Positions 49,064 through 60,810 of a stretch of DNA of 64,000 nt are shown piece by piece. Under the pieces are notes generated by a model. The model saw nothing but the letters and a program-made list of their open reading frames with translations. It searched no databases and was not told the DNA's origin. Position 1 is the stretch's first letter, and each line of letters begins with the position of its first letter. The position numbers were made by a program, and so were the translations under genes. Origin of the DNA: Mobula hypostoma (taxonomy: Eukaryota); assembly GCF_963921235.1 (NCBI RefSeq), contig NC_086097.1, forward strand, positions 46,812,001 through 46,876,000, read 5' to 3'.

Positions 49064-51093
49064 TGGTCCTGTGTTCTAAGACCTAGTCCAGGTGCCGTGT
49101 TCCAGCCCTGTCCAAGTCTGAGCTTTGTGTCCTCGCCCAGCCCGGTGCTGGAGATTCCTCGTTTTGCGCTGGAATACCTTGTCCTGTCCTGTAGCCACAT
49201 CCTGTCCTTGCCAAGATCCTTGTCCCAAGTCCTAGCCTAGACCTGGGTTCCGGTTCCCAACCAAGACTCACGTTCCGAGTCCTCGTCCAGGCTCTGGTTC
49301 CAGAGTTCCGAGTGCCTAGTCCAGGCTCCTTGTTCCTAGTTCCTCATCCAGGTCCCGCGTTCCTCGTCCAAGTCCTAGCCCAGGCCCTGAGTCCTAGTCT
49401 CATCCAGGGCCTGTGTCCGTATCCAGCTGCACATCTTCCTGCTATGCTTTGCTCTCTTCCGGACTTCCCTCTGATCAATCTTCGCTTCCCGACTTCCCTT
49501 GCATTCTTGATAAACTCATAGCCCAGTTTCTAGTACTTCAGTGTCTGTGTCTTGCACCTGGGTCCACTACCAGTGCCCCCTTGTAACACTTTATGCTCTA
49601 ACCAATCAAGGATCTATCAAGGAGTTCCAAGTCTTAATTACACATAAAGACTTGGCCTCCACAACTGCCTTTGGCAATGAGTTCTAGAGGTTCACCACTC
49701 TTAGGCTAAAGAAATTCCTCCTCATCTCCATTCTAAAAGAAAGCTCCTCTATTTTGAGACTGTGCCCTCTGGTCTTAAACACTCCCACCATTGGAAACAT
49801 CCTTTCCGCATCCACTCTATCAAGACCTTTCACTATTCAATAAATTTCAATGAGGTCACCACTGATTCTTCTAAATTCCAGTGAATACAGGCCCAAAGAC
49901 ATCAAACACTCTTCATATGACAAGCCATTTAATCCTGGAATCATTTCCATGAACCTCCTTTGAATCCTCCCTAGTTTCAACACATCCTTTCTAAGATAAA
50001 GGGCCCAAAACTGCACACAATACTCCAAGTGAGGCATCACCAGTGCTTTATAAAGTCTCAACATTACATCATAGCTTTTATATTCCAGTCCTCTTGAAAT
50101 GTATGTTAACATTGCATCTGCCTTCCTCACCACAGACTCAACCTGCAAATTAACCTTTCCGGAATCCTGTACAAAGCCTCCCAAATCCCTTTGCACCTCA
50201 GATTTTTGTATTTTCTCTCCATTTAGAAAACGGTCAACCCTTTATTTTCTTCTAGCAAAGCGCATGACCATATGCCTCCAGACACTGTATTCCATCTGCC
50301 ACTTCTTTGCCTATTCTCCTAATCTATCTAAGTCTTTCTGTAGCTTCTCTAATTCCTCAAAACCTCCTGCACCTCCACCTATCTTCGTATCGTCTGCAAA
50401 CTCTGCAACAAAGCCATCAATTCCATCATCCAAATCACTGATATATAAAGTAAAATAAAACATCTAAGTCATTTATATAAAATCACAAAGAGCAGAGGTC
50501 CTCGAACAAATCCCTGCACAACACCACTGGTCATGTACCTATCAGCAAAATATGCTCCAACTAATACTACCCTTCTGTGGGGAAGCCAATTCTGAATCCA
50601 CTCAGCCAAGTTTCCCCGGATCTGATCCCTCCTGATTTCCTTAACGAACATTATCAAATGTCTTACTAAAGTCCATATACGTCACATCCACTGCACTATA
50701 TTAATTAATTTGTTTTGTTACTTTTTCGAAGAATTCAATTGGCTTGTGAGGCACGACATGCCCCTCACCAAGCTATGCTAACTATTCCTAATCAGACTTG
50801 CATGCTCCCCTCCAAGATGTGATTTGAACTTTCTGGCACAAAGAACACTATTCAGCCAGAGTGATATGTATGTACTTCCCAGAGATACAGTACATATAGT
50901 GAAATTCAATGCATGTAAGGATTATTTTCAGTCATAAGCGTAGATGCCAACTGTGTTGAAGTTGACAGTCAGCATTTCAAATTACTTCTCACCCAGAATT
51001 CACAAGTTAAAAACTCACTTATGTAATCATTTATCAAATTCATGACCAAATTAGCAAACAAAAGGGAATGAAAAGTTGTTGAAGTTGCATGGT

Positions 51094-51141
51094 CAACAAC
51101 AGGAATTCTGCAGATGCTGGAAATTCAAGCCACACACATCA
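51094..51141 (-). mobile_element. 48-bp Penelope-like extreme 3' end with 12-bp TSD
   Basis: aagttgcatggt at 51082-51093 and 51142-51153 flanks caacaacaggaattctgcagatgctggaaattcaagccacacacatc. Confidence 0.7.
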
Positions 51142-51734
51142 AAGTTGCATGGTAGTGTGAATCACTACCACTTGTGAGAACCAATCAAGCAAATCTGACT
51201 TCTTTCCTTACCTCATTACAAGCAATCTCAGGAAGGAAAGTTTTTGAATGAATTACAAATGCATTTGCTTTCCATTAGCTAAAGGATTTACTTCAAACAA
51301 AATGTTCCACAGTACATAAAGGCTTCTTCATTTTTAGGTCAGCATTTTTAGTACAGCACATAGTTGGTATCGCTGCCACACAGTCTAGCCACCCAGTTCC
51401 GATCCTGAGCTTGAGTGCTTTCTGTCAGGAGTTTCATTTTTCCCCAGGAATGGCTTTCTCTCACATCACATGTTGTTCTGGTTGCTTCGTTAGTGGACCA
51501 CAATGAATAAGCTCTACTAGTAGATGGTAAGAGAAACTACAGGGGCAGTTGATGAGCTTCTGAGAAACAATGGGTTACACAGAAACAAGCGATGAGTATG
51601 CTTAATGAGTTCACAAACTTAGGCATTCTTCTATATTGCAAAACATCACAAGCATAAAGCATGAAAATTCCTCAATGGAAGGTTTAAAGTGTCCACTTAA
51701 GTTGTTTTATGTGAAGGTTTATTTTCTGCAGTGG

Positions 51735-52710
51735 GCTTGAGATCGCAAGAACCATTGGCTTGTGGATTGTGAGTGTGAAATTTGAAAAAGCAAGCAGGCT
51801 GTCAAGATATTTGGCAGCTTGAGATCACGACAGCCATTGGCTTGTGGATTCTGAGTGTAAGATCTGAAAAGTGCAAGCACAGCCAGTTAGTTGAGTCATT
51901 ATGCACTTAGCTGGGGCCAATAAGAAGAAGTGAGGTTTAAGTGGTGCGGCCATTGTGGGTGCAGCCACTGTGTAAGAGAGTCAGTGTTTGACAGGGGATT
52001 CTGTGGGCGTGAACAGACATCCAGATGATATGTTGCCTCCTACATGCCAGGGACAAGGATGTCTCAGATCAGGTCCATAAGATATTAAGTGGGGGGAGAG
52101 GGTGAGCTTTTGGTAGTCGTGTACATATAAGTACCAGTGACATAGATAGGAAAAGGGAGAAGGTCCTGAAGAGAATATAAGGAATTAGGTAGAAAGCTGA
52201 AAAGAAGGACCTCCAGGTAGCAATCTCTGGATTGTTGCCAGTGAGGGTAAGAATAGGATGATTTGGCAGATGAATGTGCGGCTGAGGAATGGTGCAGAGG
52301 GCAGGGTTAAGGATTACTGGATCGTGGGATCTCTTCTGGTAAAAAGCATGGATTACACCTGAAACCGAAGAGGTCCAATATCTTTGTGGGCAAGTTAGCT
52401 AGAGATGTCGGAGAGGGTTTAAACTAATTTGGCAGAGGGATGGGTGATGTGAGATGGGGCTGAGAATGAATCAGTTGGTAAACAATTAAATGCAGTATGT
52501 AGTGAGACTGAGAGAAAGGATAGGCTGATGATAACACAAAATTGCAGTCAGTGGGATGTTGAATTATAGCATGGAGGCAAAATCAAAAAGGGTGATGAAT
52601 ACAGGACTGAAGGTGCTCTATTTGAATGCACATGGTATTTGAAATAAGGTAGGTGAACTTGTAGCATAGTTAGAGAGGGGCAGCTATGAAGCTGTGGGCA
52701 TCACTGAGTG
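51735..52710 (+). mobile_element. Degenerate CR1 5' part (82-bp duplicated 5' unit, esterase, EN start)
   Basis: gcttgagatc..ccattggcttgtggatt unit at 51735 and 51817; tgttgcctcctacatgccagg (CCLP.AR); aaggtgctctatttgaatgc (KVLYLNA). Confidence 0.7.
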
Positions 52711-52724
52711 TAAAAAATGAAATC

Positions 52725-55700
52725 AAATCATAGAAACATAGAAAACCTACAGCACAATACAGGTCCTTTGGCCCACGATGCTGTGCCGAACCTGTCCCTA
52801 CTTTAAAAACTACCTAGGGTTACCCATAGCCCTCTGTTTTTCTAAGCTCCATGTACCAATTAAAAGACCCTATCATATCCACCTCCACCACCGTCGCCGG
52901 CAGCCCATTCCACACACTTACCACTCTGCATAAAGAATTTACCCCAACATCTCCTCTGTACTTACTTCCAGCCCTGGGAAAAAGCCTCTGACTATCCACA
53001 TGATCAATGCCTCTCATCATCTTATATACTTCTATCAGGTCACCTCTCACCCTCCATCGCTCCAAGGAGAAAAGGCCAAGTTCACTCAAACTATTCTCAT
53101 AAGGCAAGCCCTCTAATCCAGGCAACATCCTTGCAAATCTCCTCTGTACCCTTTATATAGTTTCCACATCCTTCCTGTAGTGAGGTGACCAGAACTGAGC
53201 ACAGTACTCCAAATGGCATCTGACCAGGGTCACATTACCTCTCAGCTCTTGAACTCAACCCCACGGTTGATGAAGGCCAATGCACCGTATGCTCACTTAA
53301 CTAAAGAATCAACTTGCGCAGCAGCTTTGAGTGTCTTATGAACTCGGACCCCAAGATCCCTCTGATCCTCCACACTGTCAAGAATCTTACCATTAATACT
53401 ATATTCTGCCATCATATTTGACCTACCAAAATGGACTACCTCATACTTATCTGGGTTGAACTCCATCTGCCACTTCTCAGCCCAGTTTTGCATCCAATGG
53501 ACATCCCGCTGTAACTTCTGACAACCCTCCACACTATCCACAACACCCTCAACCTTTGTGTCATCAGCAAATTTACTAACCTATCCCTCCACTTCCTCAT
53601 CCAGGTCATTTATAAAAATCACGAAGAGAAGGGGTCCCAGAACAGATCCCTGAGGCACACCACTGGTCACCAACCTCCATGCAGAATATAACCCACTGCA
53701 ACCACTCTTTGCCTTCTGTAGGCAAGCCAATTCTGGATCGACAAAGCAAGGTCCGCTTGGATCCCATGCCTCCTTACTTTCTCAGTAAGTCTTGCATGGG
53801 GTACCTTATCAAATGCCTTGCTGAAATCCATATATTCTATATTTACTCCTCTACCTTCATTAATGTGTTTGGTCACATCCTCAAAAAACTCAATCAGGCT
53901 CATAAGGCACGGCCTGCCTTTCACAAAGCCATGCTGACTATTCCTAATCATATAATGCCTCTCCAAATGTTGATAAATCCTGCCTCTTAGGATCTTCTCC
54001 ATCAACTTACCAAGAATTGAAGTAAGACTCACTGGTCTATAATTTCCTGGGCTATCTCCACTCCCTTTCTTGAGTAAGGGAACAACATTTGCTACCCTCT
54101 AATCCTCTGGAACCTCTTCCGTCCCCATTGATGATGCAATCAGCAATCTCCTCCCTTGCCTCCCACAGTAGCCTGGGGTACATCTCATCCCGTCCTCATG
54201 ACTTATCCAACTTGATGCTTTCCAAAAGCTCCAGCACACCCGCTTTCTTAACGTCTATATGCTCAAGCTTTTCAGTCCGCTGTAAGTCATTCCTACAATT
54301 GCCAAGGTCCTTTTCCGTAGTGAATACTGAAGCAAAGTATTCATTAAGTACCTCCGCTATCTTCTCCGGTTCCATACACACTTTTCCACTGTCATATTTG
54401 ATTGGTTCTATTCTCTGACGTCTTATCCTCTTGCTCTTCACATACTTGTAGAATGCCTTGGGGTTTTCCTTAATCCTGCTCACCAAGACCTTCTCATGAT
54501 CCCTTCTGGCTCTCCTAATTTCATTTTTTTTCTTTCTTTTCTTTTAATTTTATTTTTATTTTTATTTGGATAAGGTATTCACAAGTAATACACAAACTTT
54601 TTTTACATGTATAACCTTTTCCATTTTTTATGTGAGTAAATCTATATTAATTTGTACATTCACAAGTGCACATTGAGATAAAATAGAAAATAATTAGGCA
54701 CTCAAATAGATATTTATGTGCAATTGTAATTCCACTCAATTAAACTAAATAATAATAATAGTTGTTATAAAAAATATTAATAATAGTGGTTGAATACTAA
54801 TTTCCATGTATCTCTTCTGGTCCATTTCTTTCTGGTCCAAAATTTCCCCAGATCTTTTCTTTACTTGTGTTAATTCCACATTTTCCAATAAAAAAGAACA
54901 GTAAACATTCAAGCCAAGGGTGCTTACATTAACACTATTACTATGTTGGTGAGACAAACAGTATAAACCATTCAGAGAGTCATCTAATGTCTGCTCGCTC
55001 TGGGGTTATAAATTCAATCCAGTTATTCCAAACACGAGGAAATCTGCAGATGCTGGAATTTCAAGCAACACACATAAAAGTTGCTGGTGAATGCAGCAGG
55101 CCAGGCAGCATCTCTAGGAAGAGGTACAGTCGACATTTTGGGCCAAGACCCTTCGTCTCGCAATTCCTCCGTCTCCGCCGTATCTACTGTCAGGATGAGG
55201 CTTTTCATTCCGTAAGACCATAAGACCATAAAACAAAGGAGCAGAAGTCAGCCATTCGGCCCATCGAGTCTGCTCCGCCATTTTATCATGAGCTGATCCA
55301 TTCTCCCATTTAGTCCCACTCCCCCGCCTTCTCACCATAACCTTTCATGCCCTGGCTACTCAGATACCTATCAATCTCTACCTTAAATACACCCAATGAC
55401 TTGGCCTCCACTGCCGCCCGTGGCAACAAATTCCATAGATTCACCACCCTCTGGCTAAAAAAATTTCTTCGCATCTCTGTTCTGGATGGGCACCCTTCAA
55501 TCCTTAAGTCATGGTATTGAACTGTAAGCCGAAATCAGAATCTTGAAAAATTCTAATTCTACTGTTGATAAGTCTGTATATCTACAACTCTGGTTAACAT
55601 GATGTCGTACTTGAAGGTACCTAAAAAAGTCACTGTGTTCTAGGCCATGTTTGTCCTGCAGGGATTGAAAACTTTGTAATACACTTTTATGTGTGAATGA

Positions 55701-58120
55701 GAGGTAGGTTGTAAGACCTTTCTTTATCCACAGTTCAAATCTTTTATCTCCGCTGCTGGGAAGAAATTCAGTCTCATAAGCACACCATCTGAAAAGTTTT
55801 AACGTGTTATTGATTCCACATGAATTAGCCACCTTCTGCCATACTTCTAATGTGAGATTTATCCAGCTGCTTTTAATCTTTTCCAATTGGGCCGTCAATC
55901 CTTTGACCCCTAATTTCATTTTTATGCTCCTTCCTGCTAGCCTTATAATTTTCTAGACCTCTATCATTACCTAGTTTTTTTAACCTTTCATAAGCTATTC
56001 TTTTCTTCTTCGCTAGATTTTCAACAGCCTTTGTACACCATGGTTCCTGTCCCTTACCATCCTTTCCCTGTCTCATTGGAACATACCTATGCAGAATGTC
56101 ACGCAAATATCCCCTGGACATTTGCCACATTTTTGCTGTACATTTCCCTGAGAACATCTGTTCCCAAGTTATGCTTCCAAGTTCCTGCCTGATACATTCA
56201 TATTTCCCCTTACTCCAATTAAACACTTTCCTAACTTGTCTGTTCCTATCCCTCTCCAATGCTATGGTAAAGGAGATAGAATTATGATCACTATCTCCAA
56301 AATGCTCTCCCACTGAGAGACTTGACACCTAACCAGGTTCATTTCCCAATACCAGATCAAGTACAGCCTCTCCTCTTGTAGGCTTATCTAAATATTGTGC
56401 CAGGAAACCTTCCAGAAAACACCTAACAAACTCCACCCTATCTGAACCCCTTGCTCTAGGTAGATGCCAATCAATATTGGGGAAATTAAAATCTCCCACC
56501 ACGACAACCCTGTTATTATTGCATCTTTCCAGAATCTGTCTCCCTATCTCCTCCTTGACGCCCCTGTTACTATTGGGAGGTCTAAAAAAAAACCCAGTAA
56601 AGTTATTGATCCCTTCCTGTTCCAAACTTCCACCCACAGAGACTCAGTAGGCAATCCTTCCATGACTTCCTCCTTTTCTGCAGCAGTGACACTATCTCTG
56701 ATCGGCAGTGCCACACCCCCACCTCTTTTACCTCTCTCCCTCTCCTTTCTGAAACATCTAAAGCTTGGCACTCTAAGTAGCCATCTCTGTCCCTGAGCCA
56801 TCCAAATCTCTGTAATGGCCACAACATCATAGCTCCAAGTACTGATCCATGCTCTAAGCTCATCCACTTTGTTCATAATATTCTTTATATTAAAATAGAC
56901 ACATCTCAAACCATCAGTCTGAGCATATCCCTTCTCTATCACCTGCCTATCTTCCCTCTCACACTGGCTACAAGCTTCCTTGATTTGTGAGCCAACCGCT
57001 CCTTCCTCCGTCTCTTCAGTTTGGTTCCCACCCCCCAGCAGTTCTACCTTAAACTCTCCCCAATATTTTTGCAAAGCTTGTAGCCAGGATATTGGTCCCC
57101 CCCTTCCCCCCCCCCCCGGATTCAAGTGTAACCAGTCCTTTTTGTACAGGTCACTCCTGCCCCAAAAGAGGTCCCAATGATCCAGAAATCTGAATCCCTG
57201 CCCCCGCTCCAATCCCTCAGCCACACATTTATCCTCCACCTCACTCTATTCTTACACTCACTGTCACGTGGCACAGGCAGTAATCCCGAGATTACTACCT
57301 TTGAGGTCCTGCTTCTCAACTTCCTTCCTAACTCCCTGTAGTCCGTTTTCAGGACCTCCTCCCTTTTCCTACCTATGCTGTTGGTACCAATATGTACCAC
57401 GACCTCTGGCTGTTCACCTTTGCACTTCTGGATATCGTGGACACGATCAGAAACATCCCAGACCCTGGCAGCTGGGAGGCAAACTACCATCCTTCTTTCC
57501 TCCCTGTGTCCACAGAATTGTCTTTCTGATCCCCTAACTATAGAGTCCCCTATCACTGCTGCCATCTTCTTCCTTTCCCTACCCCTCTGAGCCACAGGGC
57601 CGGACTCTGTGCCAGAGGTGCAGTCACTGTTGCTTCCCCCAGGTAGTTCATCCCCCAACCCCCAGCAGTACTCAAACAGGAGTAATTATTGTTAAGGAGG
57701 ACAGCCACTGGGGTACTCCCTAGTATCTGACTCTTGCCCTTCCCTCTCCTGACTGTTACCCACTTATCTGTCTCCTGAGGCCCCAGTGTGACTACAGTAC
57801 TTGCATACAGCTCCTATCTATCATTGAGCTGCATCTCCAGATCCCTAACCCGGTCCCTAAGGAGCTGCAGCTCAAGGCACCTGTCGCAGATGTGGCCGTC
57901 TGGGAGGCTGGGAGTCTCCCAGACATCCCACATCCGACACCCAGTACAGAACACCAGCCTCATAGACATACTTCTTATTCCTATTCTTCAGAAGTAACTT
58001 ACCTCGCCTCGACCTGTTATCACCAAAGCCCTCCTACGCCAATGCCCGCTCTATAAAGATGTCTTCTTTTTAAATTCTTCCCGCCGGCCTAACTTCCACA
58101 CACCTGCGCAGTGGTGCCTC
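52725..58120 (-). mobile_element. Near full-length CR1 LINE (ORF1 ZnF+esterase, ORF2 APE+RT), decayed, interrupted at 54529-55908
   Basis: ORF1 ATG 57969 ..CTGCRMW..HICDRC; VIGDSIVR, VVVHIGTNS; YDVVAITEIW, VVGDFNFPNIDW, SDHNSI, QHGFVKGRPC, MDFSKAFDKVPH. 3' tail atagaaacatagaaaac. Confidence 0.9.
54529..55908 (-). mobile_element. L1-clade 3' fragment with 15-bp TSD, itself carrying Penelope-like (55030-55157) and CR1 3' (55212-55512) pieces
   Basis: TSD cctaatttcattttt at 54514-54528 and 55909-55923; T-rich tail on the left. ORF 55509-55919 RFELWIKKGL..FQSLQDKHGLEHSDFFRYLQVRH; ORF2 end WNNWIEFITPERADIR*. Confidence 0.82.
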
Positions 58121-58126
58121 GATCGT

Positions 58127-60810
58127 TAGAAAGAGGTGACATAACATTGGAAGATGAGGAATCCTTGTGGGCAGAGTTAAGAATCTGCAAGAGTAAAATA
58201 ACCCTGATGTCCTCCAAATTGTAGCCAGGATGTAGGATACAAATTACACTAGGAGGTAGAAAAGGCATGTAAGCACGATAGTCATGGGGGATTTCAATAT
58301 GTAGGTAGATTGGGGAAATCAGCTTGGTGCTGGATCCCAAGAGAAGGAATTTGTAGAATGCCTATGAGATGGCTTTTTAGAGCAACTTGTGATTGAGCCC
58401 ACAAGGGAAAAGGCAATCCTGGATTGTCTGTAATGAACCAGATTTGATTAGGGAGCTTCAGGTAAAGGAACCTTTAGGAGGCACTGACCATAATATTATA
58501 GAATTCACCCTGTAGTTTGAGAGGGAGAAGCTAAAGTCAGATGTATAAATATTATAGTACAGTAAAAGGAACCACAGAGGCATGAGAGAGCAACTGACCA
58601 AAGCTGATGGGAAGGGGACAATAGCAGGAGTGATAGCAGAACAGCAGTGGCTGGAGTTTCTCAGAGCAATTCAGAAGTCACAGGATAGATAAATTCCAAA
58701 AATGAAATATTCTAAAAGGAGGATGCAGCAACCGTGGCTGTCAAGGGAAGTTGAAGACAGCATAAACACAAAAGAGAGAGCATATAATACAGCAAAAAAA
58801 AATAGTGGGAAGTTTGAGGGTTGAGAAATGTTTAAAAATAGAAGCAACTAAAAAAAAAGTAAAAGGAAATTTAAAAAATGAAATATGAAGGTAAGTTAGC
58901 CAAAATATAAAAGAGGATATATATTATTTCAGATATATAAAGAGTAAGAGACCTGAGAGTGGGTATTGGACCGCTGGAGAAGAAGTAATGGGGGACAAAG
59001 AAATGATGGACTAACTTAATAAGTACTTTACTTTAACGTTCACTGTGGGAGACACTTGCAGTATGCTAGAAATTCGAGTGTCGAGGGCATAAGTGAGTGT
59101 AGTTGCTATTAGTAAGGAGAATGTGCTTGGGAAGCTGAAAGGTCTAAAGGTAGATAAGTCATCTGGACCAGATGGACTACACCGCAAGGCTATGAAAGAG
59201 GTGACTGAAGAGATTGTGGAGGCCTAGCAATGATATTTCACAAATCAATAGATCCTGGAATGGTTCCAGAGGGCTGGAAAATTGCAAATGTCACACCACT
59301 CTTTAAGGGAAATTATAGCCATTTACAACACACACAAATGTCTCAGCAGGTCAGGCAGCATAAATGGAAATGAATTAACAGTCGACATTTCAGGTTGAGA
59401 CTCTTCAGGACTGGAAAGGAAGGGGGAAGACGCAGGATTTAAAAGTGGGGGGAAGGAAAGGAGGATTAGGCAAGGCCTGGTGTGTAGAAATGGTAAAGGG
59501 CTGAAGAAGAAGGAATCTGAAAGGAGAGGAGAGTGAACTATGGGAGAAAGGGAAGAAGGAGTGTCAGTTAGCCTAACTTCAGTGATTGGGAAGGTGTTGA
59601 AGGATGAGGTTTCAGTGTTCTTGGAGGCACATGATAAAATAGGCCAAAGTCAGCATGGTTTCCTTAAATGGAAATCTTGCCTGACAAACCTGTTGAAATT
59701 CTTTGTGGAAATACCAAACATGATAGGGAAAGTAGAGTTAGTGGATATTGTTTATGTGGATTTTCAGAAGGCCTTTGGCAAGAAGTCATACATGAGGTTG
59801 CTTAACAAGGTAAGAGCCCATGGTATTACAGGAAAGATACTATCATGTATAAAAGATTGTCTGAGGATCTGAAGGCAAAGAATAGGAATAAAGGGGGCTA
59901 TTGTGGTTGGCTGGGTGCCTATTAGTGTTCCTTACGGTCAGAGTTGGGACTGCATCTTTCCATGTTATATGCCAATGCTTTGGATGACGGAATTGATGGA
60001 TTTATGGCCAAGTTTGCAGATTATAAGAAGATAGGTAGAGGGGCAGGTAGCACTGATGACACAGGGAGTCTGCAGAGGCCGCAGACAGACTGGGAGAACT
60101 GGCAAAGAAGTGATAGATGGAATATAGTGTAAGGAACTGTATAGTCATGCACTTTGAAAGAGGAATAAAGGCACAGTCTATTTTTGAACAGAGAGAATTC
60201 AAAAATCAGAGGTGCAAATGGACTTGGGATAAATCAAAATATTGAGCACAGGAGTTGGAATGTTTGGTTGAAGTTACATAATATGTTGGTGAAGCTTAGT
60301 TTGGAGTATTGTGTGCAGTTCTGGTCACCTACCTACAATAAATGTGTAAATTAGATTGAAAGAGTACAGAGGAATTTACAAAGATGTTGCTAGGACTTAA
60401 GGTTGAACAGATTAGGACTTTATTCCCTGGAGTGTAGGAGAATGAAGGGAGATTTGATAGGGGTATACAAAATCATGAGGGGTATAGATAGGGTAAATGC
60501 AAGCAGGCTTTTTCCACTGAGGTTGAGTGAGATGAGAACTAGAGATCATAGGTTAAGGATGAAAGGTAGAATATTTAACAGGACCCTGAGGGGGAAATTT
60601 CTTCACTCAAAAGGTGGTGAGAATGTAGAACAAGCTGCTGCCCAATGGTGGATGTGGGTTCAATTTCAACATTTAAGAGAAAGTTTAACAAATACATGGA
60701 TAGGAGGTATATGGTGAGCTATGGTCCAGGTGCGGCTTGATGGGACTAGATGGGTCAAAGGGTCTGTTTCTGTACTGTAGTGCTCCATGGCTGTATGACT
60801 CTATGTTAGT
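58127..60810 (+). mobile_element. CR1 ORF2 + 3' end, decayed, with Penelope-like insertion at ~59325-59563
   Basis: ESLWAELR, MGDFNM, DKSSGPDG, WKIANVTPLFK, QSQHGFLKWKSCLTNLL, YVDFQKAF, KFADY, RLGLYSLECRRMKGDLI. Confidence 0.85.

Larger units (their letters stand above)
44473..49588 (+). mobile_element. Solo LTR (Gypsy-type) expanded to 5116 bp by internal tandem arrays
   Basis: Starts tgtcat, ends taaca; 5-bp TSD cttta (44468-44472, 49589-49593). Removal restores CR1 catatccctttatgctctaacc. TATA-like cataaata at ~44610; ends gtgtcttgcacctgggtcc. No gag/pol. Confidence 0.8.
43986..50800 (-). mobile_element. Nested CR1 fragments: CR1-A (43986-44350 + 50461-50800) split by CR1-B (44351-44472 + 49589-50455)
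   Basis: LQQDIDRMQIWSEEWQKEFN and RDLGVHIH in A; LYKALVMPHLEYCVQFW and the 3' tail accataagatcataagatatag in B. A resumes with catctaagtcatttat after B. Confidence 0.75.

Noticed and set aside
45037..49240. ORFs of 1133, 601 and 496 aa etc. as a real repetitive protein gene (mucin/collagen-like)
   Set aside because: They overlap in all three frames with the same peptide, mostly start at non-ATG codons, lie within a TSD-flanked LTR, and follow directly from a stop-free 29-bp unit.
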